Assembly (NCBI GenBank): GCA_002269645.1
Contig: NIVC01002276.1
Span: forward strand, 1-64,000
Length of the DNA stretch: 64,000 bases
Reading direction: 5' to 3'
DNA from: Macrostomum lignano
Taxonomy: Eukaryota
Part shown: piece after piece, positions 15,357 to 45,943 of the stretch
Layout: each line of letters begins with the position of its first letter
How positions within the stretch are numbered: the stretch's first letter is position 1
The notes under the pieces: model-generated
Seen by the model: only the letters and a program-made list of their open reading frames with translations
The model's database searches: none
Told to the model about the DNA's origin: nothing
Program-made: the position numbers and the translations under genes

Positions 15357-16024
15357 GGCAGTGCTTATCCCCACGGTACCGTAAGAATAATTTTTGTCTT
15401 ATTCCAACGGTACCGTGCGAATAATTTTCTGCTTATCCGCATGGCACACTGAGGAGATAGCTGCCCTATCTTCTACATATGCCGTGCGAATAATTTTCTG
15501 CTTATCCGCACGGCACACTGACGAGATAGCTGCCCTATCTTCTACATATGCCGTGTGGGAAGTTTAGTACATACGATTTGAGTGCAGTATAACAACTTTG
15601 TTGAATTATTGTTGAATAAGTATACAGAAGGGTATCAGTAAAGCAGAATAACACGCATTTACACATGCATATACTAGTCTAGAACTGATTCGAGTTTATA
15701 CATCAAGATCAACAGCTTCTTAGTATCCTCAGTTCAAATTCCCTTTCAATAAGCTATAAACTATTCACGCACAGCATATATATGTAGCAGATAAAAACCG
15801 ATAGGGCAGCTAGTAAAGCAGAGGGAATAAAGCAGAGGACGTGTAGGGCAGCTATCTCGTCAGTGTGCCGTGCGGATAAGCAGAAAATTATTCCCACGGC
15901 ATATGTAAAAGATAGGGCAGCTATCTCGTCAGTGTGCCGTGCGGATAAGCAGAAAATTATTCGCACGGTACCGTTGGAATAAGACAGAAATTATTCCTAC
16001 GGTACCGTGGGGATAAGCACTGCC
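15357..16024. mobile_element. Mutator-type MITE, 668 bp, same family as 9492-14030
   Basis: Same long TIRs and 69-bp subrepeats; unambiguous 9-bp TSD ttttatgtt at 15348-15356 and 16025-16033. Confidence 0.92.
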
Positions 16025-18437
16025 TTTTATGTTTGATAGTCTTTACAATTTAATTTTGTCCTTCTTTGACCTTGTTTCCTCTTGGATATGACAAAAAATG
16101 AATAATTATATAACAATAATAAAAAATGGACGATTTCAAATATATTTGACTGCAAAAAGTGTAAACATGACAACAGTTCAAGAAAATTTCTTGAACCATA
16201 TTCCAGAACCAAAATGATATTTTGGAACTGATTTTGTTTTTCAAACCATCAATATAAAGAGTGTCAAACTGGTTTGGAACCGGTTCAATGTTTCAAACCA
16301 GCAATATGAAGAGGCTCTGAATATTAGGATCCATGACTAGAACAAATCTTATAGCTGTCTTGAAACTCTGCGTTTGATCAGCTCTACTTGTGGCTTTTTT
16401 CTAAATGAGCATAAAAGCACTATATGGTATATATTTCTATGGCCAAAGGTATACAAACAAATGCATGCTTCTTACAATAGGAAACAATTATAAAAATTGG
16501 ACGTTTGTGGCATAAAAGCCAAAATAAGCTGCTAACTTTTAAGGCATATGATTTTTTAATACACATTAATATTACACATTAATATAGAAGTAAGCAAACA
16601 TGACACTATATCTAGGATACCCCTTGTATCCCCTATTGGAATAAATGTTAAAAACCCATGGATGTGTGCTTTAAAAAAGAGTCAAACTATTTTACCACAC
16701 TTAAAGATTATTAGAGATGTTCTATTTCATTGAAATCAAAATTCGCTAACTTTCCAAAATTGCAATTAAGATTTTCCAAAATCAAACTTCAGAAAAACAA
16801 AGTTTAATATGACCGACACTCAATTTTTTTACTTTCAATTTACTGCTTATGCAAAACTAGGTCCTAATTCCTAATCATAGTTTTCAAAATTTTACCAAAA
16901 GTCATAGGTCTAAGTTAACTTATAGGAGGCAAAGGGCAAAAAAAGCTACTTTATATCATTAGTTAGGGAGTCAAAACTTTAGTTTAGTATAAAGGCTAAG
17001 AGGTCCCATTTTATGACTAGCTAATAATGTTGAATTAAAGGGCAAAATTGAATAAAATGTGTTTTTAAGCTAAAATTCATTATAAATATAATGACAAGGT
17101 TAATATAATAATATTAATTAATGTCATTTAGATTTTTATATTATTTGTTTAGCATTTCTAAAAATTATTTCAAGATTTTTGAGACTCAAATATTTTTAAT
17201 ATAATTGAGATATTATCAATATTCAAGATTCAGCCTAATTTGCATCTAATAGGACTGTTTACACTATCCATCAATTTTAATATTATTACTTTTTGAATAT
17301 ATATACAATGATGATAATAGAGAGAAAAACAATGATTATTTAATATTAAGCTTTTAGACAAAACACCATAAACCTATCTTTGATAATAGTTTTTTATCTA
17401 CACCTTTTAAAATAAAACAATTATTCTATATGTATATATAAATTTGTTCACAATGGATTCCCAAACTGTTTAAACTAAACTAATGACAACCTATATTTTG
17501 TACCTGACTTAAATTCACTACAGAGAATGTCCTAGGCTTCCTTAAAATTTCCTAATTTTAACTTTTCCTACCTAAGAGTGCAAAAACAACTAAAAAGAAT
17601 AATTTTTCATCAAATTGTAAAATTGTTCCTTTACATTTATCAACCCCCTCAAATTTGACACAAAAAATCTCCAACTAATAAGATGCCATTTTGTAAAATT
17701 TTGAATCTCAAAGTTAACCCTCAATGGCACTGTGCACTTTTAAAGTTAGTCTGCTCTTTGTCAGTATATCGCCATCCCAACCTCTGCCTCTCTTTCCTTC
17801 CCTTTCTGGCAAGATATGGAAAAAAGGGTTTTCAAGTTGATGAACTTTTGGCTGTCATAAGTTTATTCCATGTGAAGCAATTGACTTCAAATTTGACATA
17901 AATTGAAGGAACCCAAGGGATGGAGAGACATTTCTAGTTATTTAGGTTATTCTTTAAACAAGAAAATACATTTTCACATTTTTTCATTTTGGTCACATTT
18001 CTATATATTTCGCTGAAGTCCCTACTAATATGAATACTTTAAGTTTGCCCTGACTTAAAATAATCATGGAAGAACAGAATATGCATCTTACTTGATCAGA
18101 AGCCCTAATGATATCTTTTGTAGCTTAGTAACATTGTGATTATGGCCATGCAATACAACAAGCTTCTTTGTGATCCACAGACTTAGCTCTTTGACACAAA
18201 AGAAACATCCCTGGGTATTTCAATCTAATTAATTTTAAAGTCTTATTTGCAAATATGTCTATGGTGATAGTTGCGGGAGAAGTTTTCATTTCAGACATTC
18301 AACTCTCTCTCTCTCTCTCTCAATAAACGTTACTGCGAGAAACGATTCCACAAGCGATCGGATTAGCACAAGCATTTGAATAAGCATCAGTCGGGCGGTT
18401 TATTATAGTTATTAGAGCGAAGCGACAACCTGAGGGC

Positions 18438-19640
18438 ATGGCTTGCGTTACTCTGAAACGATCGCTGGACCACGAGGCTTCCTCCGTGACGTCGGCAAAG
18501 CGGCGCAGATTTCATCACTGCGGCAGTCGCAGCCCGCCGTCGCCGGATTCTTCAACAATGTCGCCCGGTTCCGCTGGCTCCTCGTCCATTGCGAACGCCT
18601 GCGGCGCTTTGACGTCCGTGCCGCCTCCGGCCGCTCCGTCGAATGTCGATCAGTCGCAGGATTTTCCGGCGTCCCGTCTGCCGCCTGAGCTGCTGTCGCA
18701 ACGGCTGACTGCCGAGATCCGACGGCTGCAGCGTCGTCGTCTGATTCCATCGGCTGCCGCGGCCGCGGCTTCGGCGCCGAACGGAGGCGGTAGTGGCGGC
18801 GACTCGGAGATGCCGACTGCTACTGTGGCTGCTGCCCTGTGCACCCATTGCGGCGCATCCGCTGTGAAGGCCGGTTCGGCCTCCAGTTCGCCAGGATCGT
18901 CTTTGGCCGGTCCAAGCGGCGAGCCGGCCCTGTTCACCCTGTCGCAGGTGCAGTCGATTGCCGAGAAACTTCTGTCCGAGCGGGAGCAGCAGATTCGGAC
19001 AGAATTTCAAGCTTTGCTGAGCGCTAAACTGCAGGAGCAATATGACGCCTTCCTGCGCTTCAATCACGACCAAATCTATAGGATGCACAGTGGTGCGCCG
19101 ATGTCGTGTAAGTTGGGTTTTGTCGGCTCGTTGGAATAAAATTGGGGTCGGTCTGTGTTGGATTGGGGAATTCTTCAGTTCTATCCTGTGTGCTAAACTG
19201 GGGAATTCTTCAGTTCTATTCCGTGTGTGCTGAACTGGGGAATTCTTCAGTTCTATCCCGTGTGCTGAACTGAGGAATTCTTCAGCTCTATCCCGTGTGC
19301 TGAACTGGGGAATTCTTCAGTTCTATCCCGTATGCTAAACTGGGGAATTCTTCAGTTCTATCCCGTATGCTAAACTGGGGAATTCTTCAGTTCTATCCCG
19401 TATGCTAAACTGGGGAATTCTTCAGTTCTGTTCTATCCCGTGTGTGCTAAACTGGGGAATTCTTCAGTTCTATCCCGTGTGTGCTGAACTGGGGAATTCT
19501 TCAGTTCTATCCCGTGTGTGCTGAACTGGGGAATTCTTCAGTTCTATCCCGTGTGCTGGATTGGGAAATTCTTCCTACTGAGCAGCTTATCCAGTTATTA
19601 AATACATTTTCCTCTGTTTCGCATTGCAGATGTTTCGTAA
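18438..19640 (+). CDS. akirin: Akirin (exons 18438-19107 and 19630-19640)
   Basis: N-terminus MACVTLKRSLD, KRRR NLS-like motif, conserved C-terminal block LFTLSQV...EREQQIRTEF...LQEQYDAFLRFNHDQI. GT-AG splicing to an 11-nt coding exon restores the canonical SYVS* end. Confidence 0.96.
19160..19575. repeat. 35-bp minisatellite in the akirin intron
   Basis: Unit gtgctgaactggggaattcttcagttctatcccgt, about 11 copies. Confidence 0.95.
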
Positions 19641-20294
19641 ATCCAAACAGGCATCAGCCTGGTAACCGAAGGAGTGTGTCGCAAGGAACACAATAAACAA
19701 TTGGGTTAACTTCTACTGCAACTCTTAACTGTGAATACATTTTTCATGAAATTTAAACGACCCTAGTAAAACAAATTTACCTGGAAAGTCAGCCTATTAA
19801 AAACACTGATTTTCATTGCAGTAGTCCGAATTGGCTGATAGAAGTACAGTATTTGCTTAATCCCTACACCACCACCCAACCCTAGCAACTGCTTAGCAAC
19901 CAAAAGTCTTCAACCGGCATCTCTTCAATTGAACTCAGTTCTTTCAGCAAGTTACTCTCTGTAAATGCATAAGTATAAGTGAAATTATCAATACTAACTA
20001 ATGCACATCCAATATATTAAATAGCATTGCAGTAACAAACTAATAACGTATTTCTGCGCGTTTATGATTTTCCTAGCCAAGCCTTCCATAAAAATGTTTC
20101 TATCTTTTCTCTCCTGTCTTGTAAAATAAAAGCAATCAGTAAGCCTTGCTTGGAGCGTGACAATTTCAATTAGCCAATGTCAGAGTTGTTGGTTGCACAC
20201 TTTGCTTTGTCGCTTATTTCTCATCTGCTCTCATTGCTCATTTATTATTTAGCTCTTATGTTATAAAACCGCTTAGCAGCCACTTACTATTCAT

Positions 20295-20765
20295 TGCAAC
20301 GGGATTTCCCTGTAGTTAGATCTGCATAGCAACAGAATTTCCCTGTAGTTAGATCTGCATAGCAACAGAATTTCCCTGTAGTTAGATCTGCATAGCAACA
20401 GAATTTCCCTGTAGTTAGATCTGTATAGCAACAGAATTTCCCTGTAGTTAGATCTGCATAGCAACGGGATTTCCCTGTAGTTAGATCTGCATAGCAACAG
20501 GATTTCCCTGTAGTTAGATCTGCATAGCAACGGGATCTCCCTGTAGTTAGATCTGCAGAGCAACAGAATTTCCCTGTAGTTAGATCTGCATAGCAACAGG
20601 ATTTCCCTGTAGTTAGATCTGCATAGCAACAGGATTTCCCTGTAGTTAGATCTGCATAGCAACGGGATCTCCCTGTAGTTAGATCTGCACAGCAACGGGA
20701 TTTCCTGTAGTTAGTTCTGCATAGCAACGGGATTTCCCTTTAGTTAGTTTTGCATAGCAACGGGA
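20295..20765. repeat. 33-bp minisatellite
   Basis: Unit gatttccctgtagttagatctgcatagcaacag, about 14 copies. Confidence 0.95.
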
Positions 20766-21799
20766 TATACCTTTCTAGATCTATCTGATAAAGGTGAATA
20801 AAGTTGGTTGCTCAGCTGGTTAACAGAGTTCGGGCCACCATACGCTCCTGTCAAGTCATAATTTGTCTGAAAACTGTTTTATAAACGGACAAGTATTGTA
20901 AAAAACATATTTAGTAAGCCTACCCATCATATCCTCCATTGCATTAATTATTTTGTGCTTTCTTCATTAGTAGAAGTACATAATTAACTTGCTTAAGATT
21001 AGCTGTCTTAAAGTCCCTTTTTCGTGTCACTCACAAAATTCAACTAAGTTATAACTGTTACAATAATTAAAATAAAGTAACGTTTGCTTAAATACTACTT
21101 GCTAATTATTCACTAACAGTAGAAGGTTGCGCTTATGTACTTTTTCAAAAATAGTTCTTTCGTCACCCTATTTCGAGCTCTTTCTTAATCTTAATTGTTC
21201 CGCAAAACGTGCTCGTAGTTTTGTTTTACTTTGCATACTTGCTAATTATTAAATATCTCTTAATTTTGCTCATTAATAATTACCATTATACTGTAGTCTC
21301 GTCAAAATCTTCTTTTTAAATGTTAAGCTAAATTTTTTATACTCGCTACGAGCGTACTTACTGGATCACTGGTTAGTAGCGTTGTTCGAATATAATATCC
21401 TTTATTAATTGCCCCTGCTCAGCTGTGTCATTATTATTATTATTATTCTCACTTTCATTGTATGCTAATTAATGGTTTGTTACCTACTTGCTTGTAATCT
21501 GAATTATTGACACGCTTATTGCCTATCCGCATCGCTTAAACCTCCGTCTCTGCTGTCTGCAAGAGTTTTAAGTAACCAAATTATAAAAATAATCGGCTTC
21601 AGCGTCCGCTTTCCATTGGATAAAAAGCGATGGAGACACCTCGTTCGTCCGCTGCTTTGCAAGCTAAACTAAACCCCTGATGGTTCGAGCAAAAAGTTTT
21701 GACAAGATTTTCATAACATTTTCTTGTTTATTTATAGTCATTCCTGAGTAACCATCTCTTGCCTGACCTATCTCAAGGCAATACTGCTTATATATATTC

Positions 21800-21890
21800 T
21801 TAGATTAGCAATCCATTCTGTTCCTTCACCCAGCAGATATGGCTATAGATTAGCAATCCATTCTGTTCCTTCACCCAGCAGATATGTGAT
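21800..21890. repeat. 45-bp minisatellite, 2 copies
   Basis: Unit atggctatagattagcaatccattctgttccttcacccagcagat; same family inverted at 23312-23822 and direct at 63350-64000. Confidence 0.85.
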
Positions 21891-21917
21891 TCATCTTTGA
21901 ATCACATATCTGCAGCA

Positions 21918-22408
21918 TGAGGTTCATCTTTGAGACACTTCAGTAAGACAGTGCATGAGGTTCATCTTTGAGACACTTCAGTAAGACAGTGAGGTTCATC
22001 TTTGAGACACTTTAGTAAGACAGTACATGAGGTTCATCTTTGAGACACTTCAGTAAGACAGTGAGGTTCCTCTTTGAGACACTTCAGTAAGACAGTGAGG
22101 TTCCTCTTTGAGACACTTCAGTAAGACAGTGAGGTTCCTCTTTGAGACACTTCAGTAAGACAGTGAGGTTCCACTTTGAGACACTTCAGTAAGACAGTGA
22201 GGTTCATCTTTGAGACACTTCAGTAAGACAGTGAGGTTCCTCTTTGAGACACTTCAGTAAGACATTGAGGTTTCTCTTTGAGACACTTCAGTAAGACAGT
22301 GAGTTTCCTCTTTGAGACACTTCAGTAAGACAGTGTATGAGGTTCATCTTTGAGACACTTCAGTAAGACAGTGAGGTTCCTCTTTGAGACACTTCAGTAA
22401 GACAGTGA
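21918..22408. repeat. 34-bp minisatellite
   Basis: Unit gaggttcctctttgagacacttcagtaagacagt. Confidence 0.95.
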
Positions 22409-23311
22409 CAAAAGTATTCTAGCATGTTTTATAAAAACCTAAATTCGACATAAAGTTTCGAGTTGCCAAAAAGCTTGGCTCCAACAGAGCTGACAGAGCT
22501 GCATGGCTCAACCAATCAGTGCAGCGCAGACTTCTGCCTTGATGCCATTCGCTACCCACCGACAGCTACGTGGGGAGAAAACCCTAAGAAAGAATCCAAC
22601 GCAGGCGTCTGACTGCAGTCCACCTGATTGAGTAGGCTGAGTACTGGTCTCTCCAGTTCCCTCTCTCACTCCCTGCTTTGCTCTAATATCCCAATCCCGA
22701 CTGCTCATCTGCATCGCGTGTTGCCGCGTGCCGCCTCCAGCGCTGCCGAGAATTTGTTGATTGAATCAATCAATTGCTACACAAGCGCAGCGTCACTGGC
22801 GGATTTGGTGAGTCAAACCAGCAGAGTCAAACTCGATTCGTGATTGCTGCTCAGCGCTGCGCAGTGACTATCGGGTCTGTCGTGATTTCTCAATCATATT
22901 TTGGGGAAAATATCATATAGCTACGACTTCACTACTTTCTTCCCTAGAGCTTATACAGAACTGGATCGAGTCCTCATCTCAACCATCTACGCAAAGAACG
23001 ACAAGCCTAATAAACAGATCGGCAAGTCTTGGAACAGCATTAGTAACTGCATTCGCACTCCGAATCACAGAACACGAACGAAATTTCGGCTTTCGCCTGG
23101 GATGTTAGCAGCAAAGGGCCTAATAAACCAATTCCCAGATACATGAGATCGTAAAATTGAAATTGCCTGCTTTGGAAAAGCTCCTTTTATCTAATGAGTA
23201 TGCAAGTAGATTTTAATATCTAGGCTTATAAGCCCTTCAGATTAGCCTAATCTATGGTTTCATGTAATCTGCTCTTTATCAATTCATCTTCCCGGTTCTT
23301 GCTGAGAATGA

Positions 23312-23822
23312 AGTGGATTGCTAATCTATAGCCCATATCTGCTGGGTGAAGGAACAGAATGGATTGCTAATCTATAGCCATATCTGCTGGGTGAAGGAAC
23401 AGAATGGATTGCTAATCTATAGCCATATCTGCTGGATGAAGGAACAGAATGGATTGCTAATCTATAGCCATATCTGCTGGGTGAAGGAACAGAATGGATT
23501 GCTAATCTATAGCCATATCTGCTGGGTGAAGGAACAGAATGGATTGCTAATCTATAGCCATATCTGCTGGATGAAGGAACAGAATGGATTGCTAATCTAT
23601 AGCCATATCTGCTGGATGAAGGAACAGAATGGATTGCTAATCTATAGCCATATCTGCTGGATGAAGGAACAGAATGGATTGCTAATCTATAGCCATATCT
23701 GCTGGGTGAAGGAACAGAATGGATTGCTAATCTATAGCCATATCTGCAGGGTGAAGGAACAATGGATTGCTAATCTATAGCCATATCTGCTGTGTGAAGG
23801 AACAGAATGGATTGCTAATCTG
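23312..23822. repeat. 45-bp minisatellite, about 11 copies, inverted orientation
   Basis: Reverse complement of the 21800 unit; source of the spurious KEQNGLLIYSHICW ORF. Confidence 0.95.
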
Positions 23823-24269
23823 CATAAAATTCCTGCATCTTGGCGCCCCGTCGCATCCCACAAGCATCCTTAGCTGCCTGCAGAGTGCACCGGGTTTTGC
23901 CTCAGCCGCAAGCTGTGGGAGCGACTGAAGCGGGACAACAGCAGCTGGTTGCCAACCGCTGCACCCCTTCGGCTCTGCAGCTCTCTTTTTTATTGCTCTG
24001 AGCAAACAAACAGCTACCTTGGCCTGGCATTGCCGCTTGTCTTCTTTAGCTAATAGGCATCGCAAGATCTCTCCTCTCCTCTCCTCTCCTTACAGTGCTT
24101 TCACCCTTCTTTGGGAAAAATGAAAATTTATTTGATCAACCTCCGAAAAACGGCTTTCACCGTTATAGTTCTACTTTTATTCTTCAGCATCTTCTTTTGC
24201 ATTCTCTGCGCGTCAGGAAATTTTGTATGGCTTTTTTATTGAAAACTTTTGGGCTGTGGCGCCCAACGG

Positions 24270-25005
24270 GAGCAAATGGCGCCCATCAGGAGGGAATGGC
24301 GTTCATCAGAATGGAATGGCGCTCATAAGAATAAAATGGCGTTCATCAGAATGGAATGGCGCTCATAAGAATAAAATGGCGTTCATCAGAATGGAATGGC
24401 GTTCATAAGAATGGAATGGCGCCCACTAGGAAAGAATGGCGCCCACTAGGAAAGAATGGCGCCCACTAGGAAAGAGTGGCGCCCGCTAGGAAAGAATGGC
24501 GCCCGCTAGAAAAGAGTGGCGCCCACTAGGAAAGAATGGCGCCCACTAGGAAAGAATGGCGCCCGCTAGAAAAGAATGGCGCCCGCTAGAAAAGAATGGC
24601 GCCCGCTAGGAAAGAATGGCGCCCACTAGGAAAGAATGGCGCCCGCTAGAAAAGAATGGCGCCCGCTAGGAAAGAATGGCGCCCACTAGGAAAGAATGGC
24701 GCCCGCTAGAAAAGAATGGCGCCCGCTAGAAAAGAGTGGCGCCCACTAGGAAAGAATGGCGCCCACTAGAAAAGAATGGCGCCCGCTAGAAAAGAATGGC
24801 GCCCGCTAGAAAAGAATGGCGCCCGCTAGAAAAGAATGGCGCCCGCTAGGAAAGAATGGCGCCCACTAGGAAAGAATGGCGCCCGCTAGAAAAGAATGGC
24901 GCCCGCTAGAAAAGAATGGCGCCCACTAGGAAAGAATGGCGCCCGCTAGAAAAGAATGGCGCCCGCTAGAAAAGAATGGCGCCCGCTAGGAAAGAATGGC
25001 GCCCA
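24270..25005. repeat. 20-bp minisatellite
   Basis: Unit aaagaatggcgcccactagg. Confidence 0.95.
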
Positions 25006-25324
25006 TCAGAGATGAAGGACTTCTGGGACTGAGGAGATTATTACTGTATTCTCCGGCTGAATAGTCATCTAAACTTATTTATCAGCACGTAAAGTCGAAC
25101 TAATTATAAGCTGCTATGGCAATTAGAAAATTAGCCGTCATCTGTGCGATAAACTTTTAATTACATTGGTAGCAGACTCTGCTTAGTATTAGCGGCCTGA
25201 TAACCCCCCTCCCCGCCCAAACACATCCATCAAGCCAGCGGCTCTAAGCTGAGCCCAAATAATTTTACTAATCAAGATTTTCCCCTATTGGTAAATTAGC
25301 GAAAATATATTCGAAAATTGGGAT

Positions 25325-26190
25325 GTAAGATAATGAACTGGAATGTAGAATAATGAACTGGAATGTAGAATAATGAACTGGAATGTAGAATAATGAACTG
25401 GAATGTAGAATAATGAACTGGAATGTAGAATAATGAACTGGAATGTAGAATAATGAACTGGAATGTAGAATAATGAACTGGAATGTAGAATAATGAACTG
25501 GAATGTAGGATAATGAACTGGAATGTAGAATAATGAACTGGAATGTAGAATAATGAACTGGAATGTAGAATAATGAACTAGAGTGTAGGATAATGAACTG
25601 GAATGTAGAATAATGAACTGGAATGTAGAATAATGAACTGGAATGTAGAATAATGAACTGGAATGTAGGATAATGAACTAGAGTGTAGGATAATGAACTA
25701 GAGTGTAGGATAATGAACTAGAGTGTAGAATAATGAACTGGAATGTAGAATAATGAACTGGAGTGTAGGATAATGAACTAGAGTGTAGGATAATGAACTA
25801 GAGTGTAGGATAATGAACTAGAGTGTAGGATAATGAACTAGAGTGTAGAATAATGAACTGGATAGTAGGATAATGAACTGGAATGTAGGATAATGAACTG
25901 GAATGTAGGATAATGAACTGGAATGTAGGATAATGAACTGGAATGTAGGATAATGAACTGGAATGTAGGATAATGAACTGGAATGTAGGATAATGAACTG
26001 GAATGTAGGATAATGAACTGGAATGTAGGATAATGAACTGGAATGTAGGATAATGAACTAGAATGTAGGATAATGAACTGGAATGTAGGATAATGAACTG
26101 GAATGTAGGATAATGGTCTGGAATGTAGGATAATGAACTGGAATTTAGTATTATGGTCTGGAATGTAGGGTAATGAACTGCAAGGCAGGA
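25325..26190. repeat. 20-bp minisatellite
   Basis: Unit taatgaactggaatgtag(a/g)a, about 43 copies. Confidence 0.95.
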
Positions 26191-27064
26191 TAGTGAACTG
26201 TTAATGTACCATTTGACTTAATCAAATCTATTATTCGAAAATATTGATAATTTTGGTCAATATTTTCAGTTTATTATCTTGCGACACAACTCAAGGTTCA
26301 GAGCAGAACAGGAGCAGCAGTAACAAGTACAGTATCACAGATTTTTCTGGTGCAGGAGTAATCGAGAGACCCCTGGGTAGGCAGGACAGACAGAGAGGCT
26401 AAAATAAATCTGAGGAGATTATGCTCCAGCTCGTCCCGAGTTCGTGAATAATAAAACTTCTGTTTTTTACCCGACGGAGCATTGGACAGGATCTGGGACC
26501 CCCCGGTTCTCTGCGGTAGTATTAGCAAAATGCAAATGAGCTGAGCGGGCGGCAATTGCATTTTAGCGAGACCGGAGCGAGACCAGTGCGCCCCAGGAGC
26601 AGCAGCTGAAGGGATATTTATGACCTTGCATCCGCCATCTCTCCGTTTCTCCCATCCGCATCATCATTCCTTCTCTTCGGGGAATATGCTAGCGAGAGTA
26701 TATGGGAGAGATTTTTTGCAGACCTCTCCCCGCTCTTCTATTTTCTACTCATCCCTTTTGCTCCGACAATCGGAGCTCAGAGCACCTCCTGTGCTCTCCA
26801 GCTGCCATCCAAAAAAACTTCACCTATTGCATGGCAACTTTCCCCAGTGCCTCGAACTCCCCACTGAGCTCCAATCCCCTTCTTCAAAAGCTGTTCTGCT
26901 GGCACAGGGATAAAAGGGATAAAAGAGAGAACTGCCTGTTCTGCTTTGGAATTTGCAATATCCTTTTTGGCTATAATCCTTCTGAATGGGATTTGAAAGT
27001 TATCAGCATTAGCGGATGCAAAGAATGCCAATGGGATTATACATTGTGTGTCTGTTTTATTGAA

Positions 27065-27600
27065 CCGTAAAATCATGTACTGAATGTGCTGTGTGTCTGT
27101 TTCCTTGTAGGGTAAAATCATGTATTTAATGTGCTGATTGTCTGTTTCATTTCAGGGTAAAATCAAGTGTTAAATGTGCTGGTTGTCTGCTTGATTACAA
27201 AGTGAATTAATGTATTGAATGTGCTATTTGTCTGTTTCATTTCAGGGTAAAATCATGTGTTGAATGTGCTGTTTTTCTGTTTCATTTCAGGGTGAAATCA
27301 TGTGTTGAATGTGCTGTTTATTTGTTTCATTAAAGGGTAAAATCATGTGTTGAATGTGCTGTTTGTCTGTTTCATTTCAGGTTAAAATCATGTGTTGAAT
27401 GTGCTGTTTGTCTGTTTCATTTCAGGTTAAAATCATGTGTTGAATGTGCTGTTTGTCTGTTTCATTTCAGGGTAAAATCATGTGTTGAATGTGCTGTTTG
27501 TCTGTTTCATTTCAGGGTAAAATCATGTGTTGAATGTGCTGTTTGTCTGTTTCATTTCAGGGTAAAATCATGTGTTGAATGTGCTGTTTGTCTGTTTCCA
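27065..27600. repeat. 45-bp minisatellite
   Basis: Unit gggtaaaatcatgtgttgaatgtgctgtttgtctgtttcatttca. Confidence 0.93.
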
Positions 27601-28051
27601 ATATGTATCAGGCATAGAGCCCTCTCGGGCTTTTCGATCGTACAAAATTTTTCTTTACTCTTCTCTTCCCCACCGGAAAGACTACAAGGGAAGCTACAAG
27701 TGCAGCAGAAGCAATTGTCGGATGGGCAAACACGGAAGGCAAATAGCCGGCATTCTGCATCAGGCATCGCTCGCGTCCGCTGGGGAGATATTGTCAAGTA
27801 ACCTTCGACAGCCCTTCAAAGCTGGAGAGCATATTTCCCCTGGGAAATTCAACAGACTCTTCGCTCCACCCACTCAAATCGTCTCGCGGACAGGTGCTAA
27901 TCAAATTCTGCTTCCAATGAATTGAAGTCGGATTTTGAATAGAGCCAGACTGCTGTTTAACAGGGGGATTTCAGGTGTTGATGATATCCTGTTTCCTAGA
28001 AACGAATTCGCCCTGTTCAAACTGAATCTACCTTGTTTGGTATGCAACTGC

Positions 28052-28220
28052 ATCTACCCAATCAGACCCCAAGCTACCCAATCAGACCCCAAGCTACCCA
28101 ATCAGACCCCAAGCTACCCAATCAGACCCCAAGCTACCCAATCAGACCCCAAGCTACCCAATCAGACCCCAAGCTACCCAATCAGACCCCAAGCTACCCA
28201 ATCAGACCCCAAGCTACCCT
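28052..28220. repeat. 20-bp minisatellite just upstream of the iGluR start codon
   Basis: Unit aagctacccaatcagacccc, about 8 copies, each containing CCAAT. Confidence 0.93.
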
Positions 28221-28304
28221 AATGGCAGCAGAAAGTCAACTAAACTAGGTCAGTTGTCATGTCAATCCTCATCCCTCAGATTCCTCGGACACGTCCAGGA
28301 CGCA

Positions 28305-45018
<16,714 letters not shown>

Positions 45019-45479
45019 ATGTTTCCACACGAACTCATAACTAACAAAATTTGTGACTCAGCGTTTTTAGTCTCTTAGTCTCGTCTTTTGTGGTTGTTTC
45101 TGTTTTGTTGTATAGCCTTATATACTGTGGAATCTGTAAAATATATTGCAAGTTTTTTGGGTACGTTACTTACTAACACTTATGTTGCATATAGTGCTGC
45201 AAGGCATTTTAGTGTCTATAAAGTTTTTCTTGTTTGCATTCTTATTACTATCATTTCCTAACATTCGGTTTGTTTCTTGCACGATATACAAGAGAAATTT
45301 AAGAAAGTGCTTCTGTTTTAACAAAATTAAATGCATGGAATGCACTTTAGAAGTATACTCGTAGCTAGAATTCTAAATGAAAATTTATTACAATGACCAA
45401 AAGAATTTTGGGGAAATTCTGTAAGGAGACTGCAGATGTACTTCTAGATTCGATGATATTGAAATAGTATAAGGCTGTT

Positions 45480-45920
45480 TGACCCGGTGACAGGATAGGC
45501 TGTATGTAGCCCCGATGACAGCAAAGGCTGTAGCTCTCAGTGAAAGCAAAGGCTGTAGTCCCAGCGACAGTACAGGCTGTAGCCTGTAGTCTGTAGCCCC
45601 GGTGAAAGCAAAGGCTGTAGCTCTCAGTGACAGAGAAGGCTGTAGTCCCAGCGACAGTACAGGCTGTAGCCTGTAGTCTGTAGCCCCGGTGAAAGCAAAG
45701 GCTGTAGCTCTCAGTGACAGCAAAGGCTGTAGCCCCCAGTGACAGCAAAGGCTGTAGCCCCCAGTGACAGCAAAGGCTGTAGCGCTCAGTGACAGCAAAG
45801 GCTGTAGCCCCCAGTGACAGCAAAGGCTGTAGCCCCCAGTGACAGCAAAGGCTGTAACCCCCAGTGACAGCAAAGGCTGTAACCCCCAGTGACAGCAAAG
45901 GCTGTAGCCCCCAGTGACAG
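45480..45920. repeat. 25-bp minisatellite
   Basis: Unit caaaggctgtagcccccagtgacag, ending just upstream of the 45944 acceptor. Confidence 0.92.
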
Positions 45921-45943
45921 CACACTACCATTGATAATTGTAG

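Noticed and set aside
15258-16318. Inverted repeat gagcctcttcat / atgaagaggctc around the Mutator MITE
   Set aside because: Could be an older host MITE, but it is only about 12 bp and has no matching TSD.
19160-27600. Regular 20-45-bp arrays as possible CRISPR arrays
   Set aside because: Units are head-to-tail with no unique spacers, there are no cas genes, and the context is eukaryotic.
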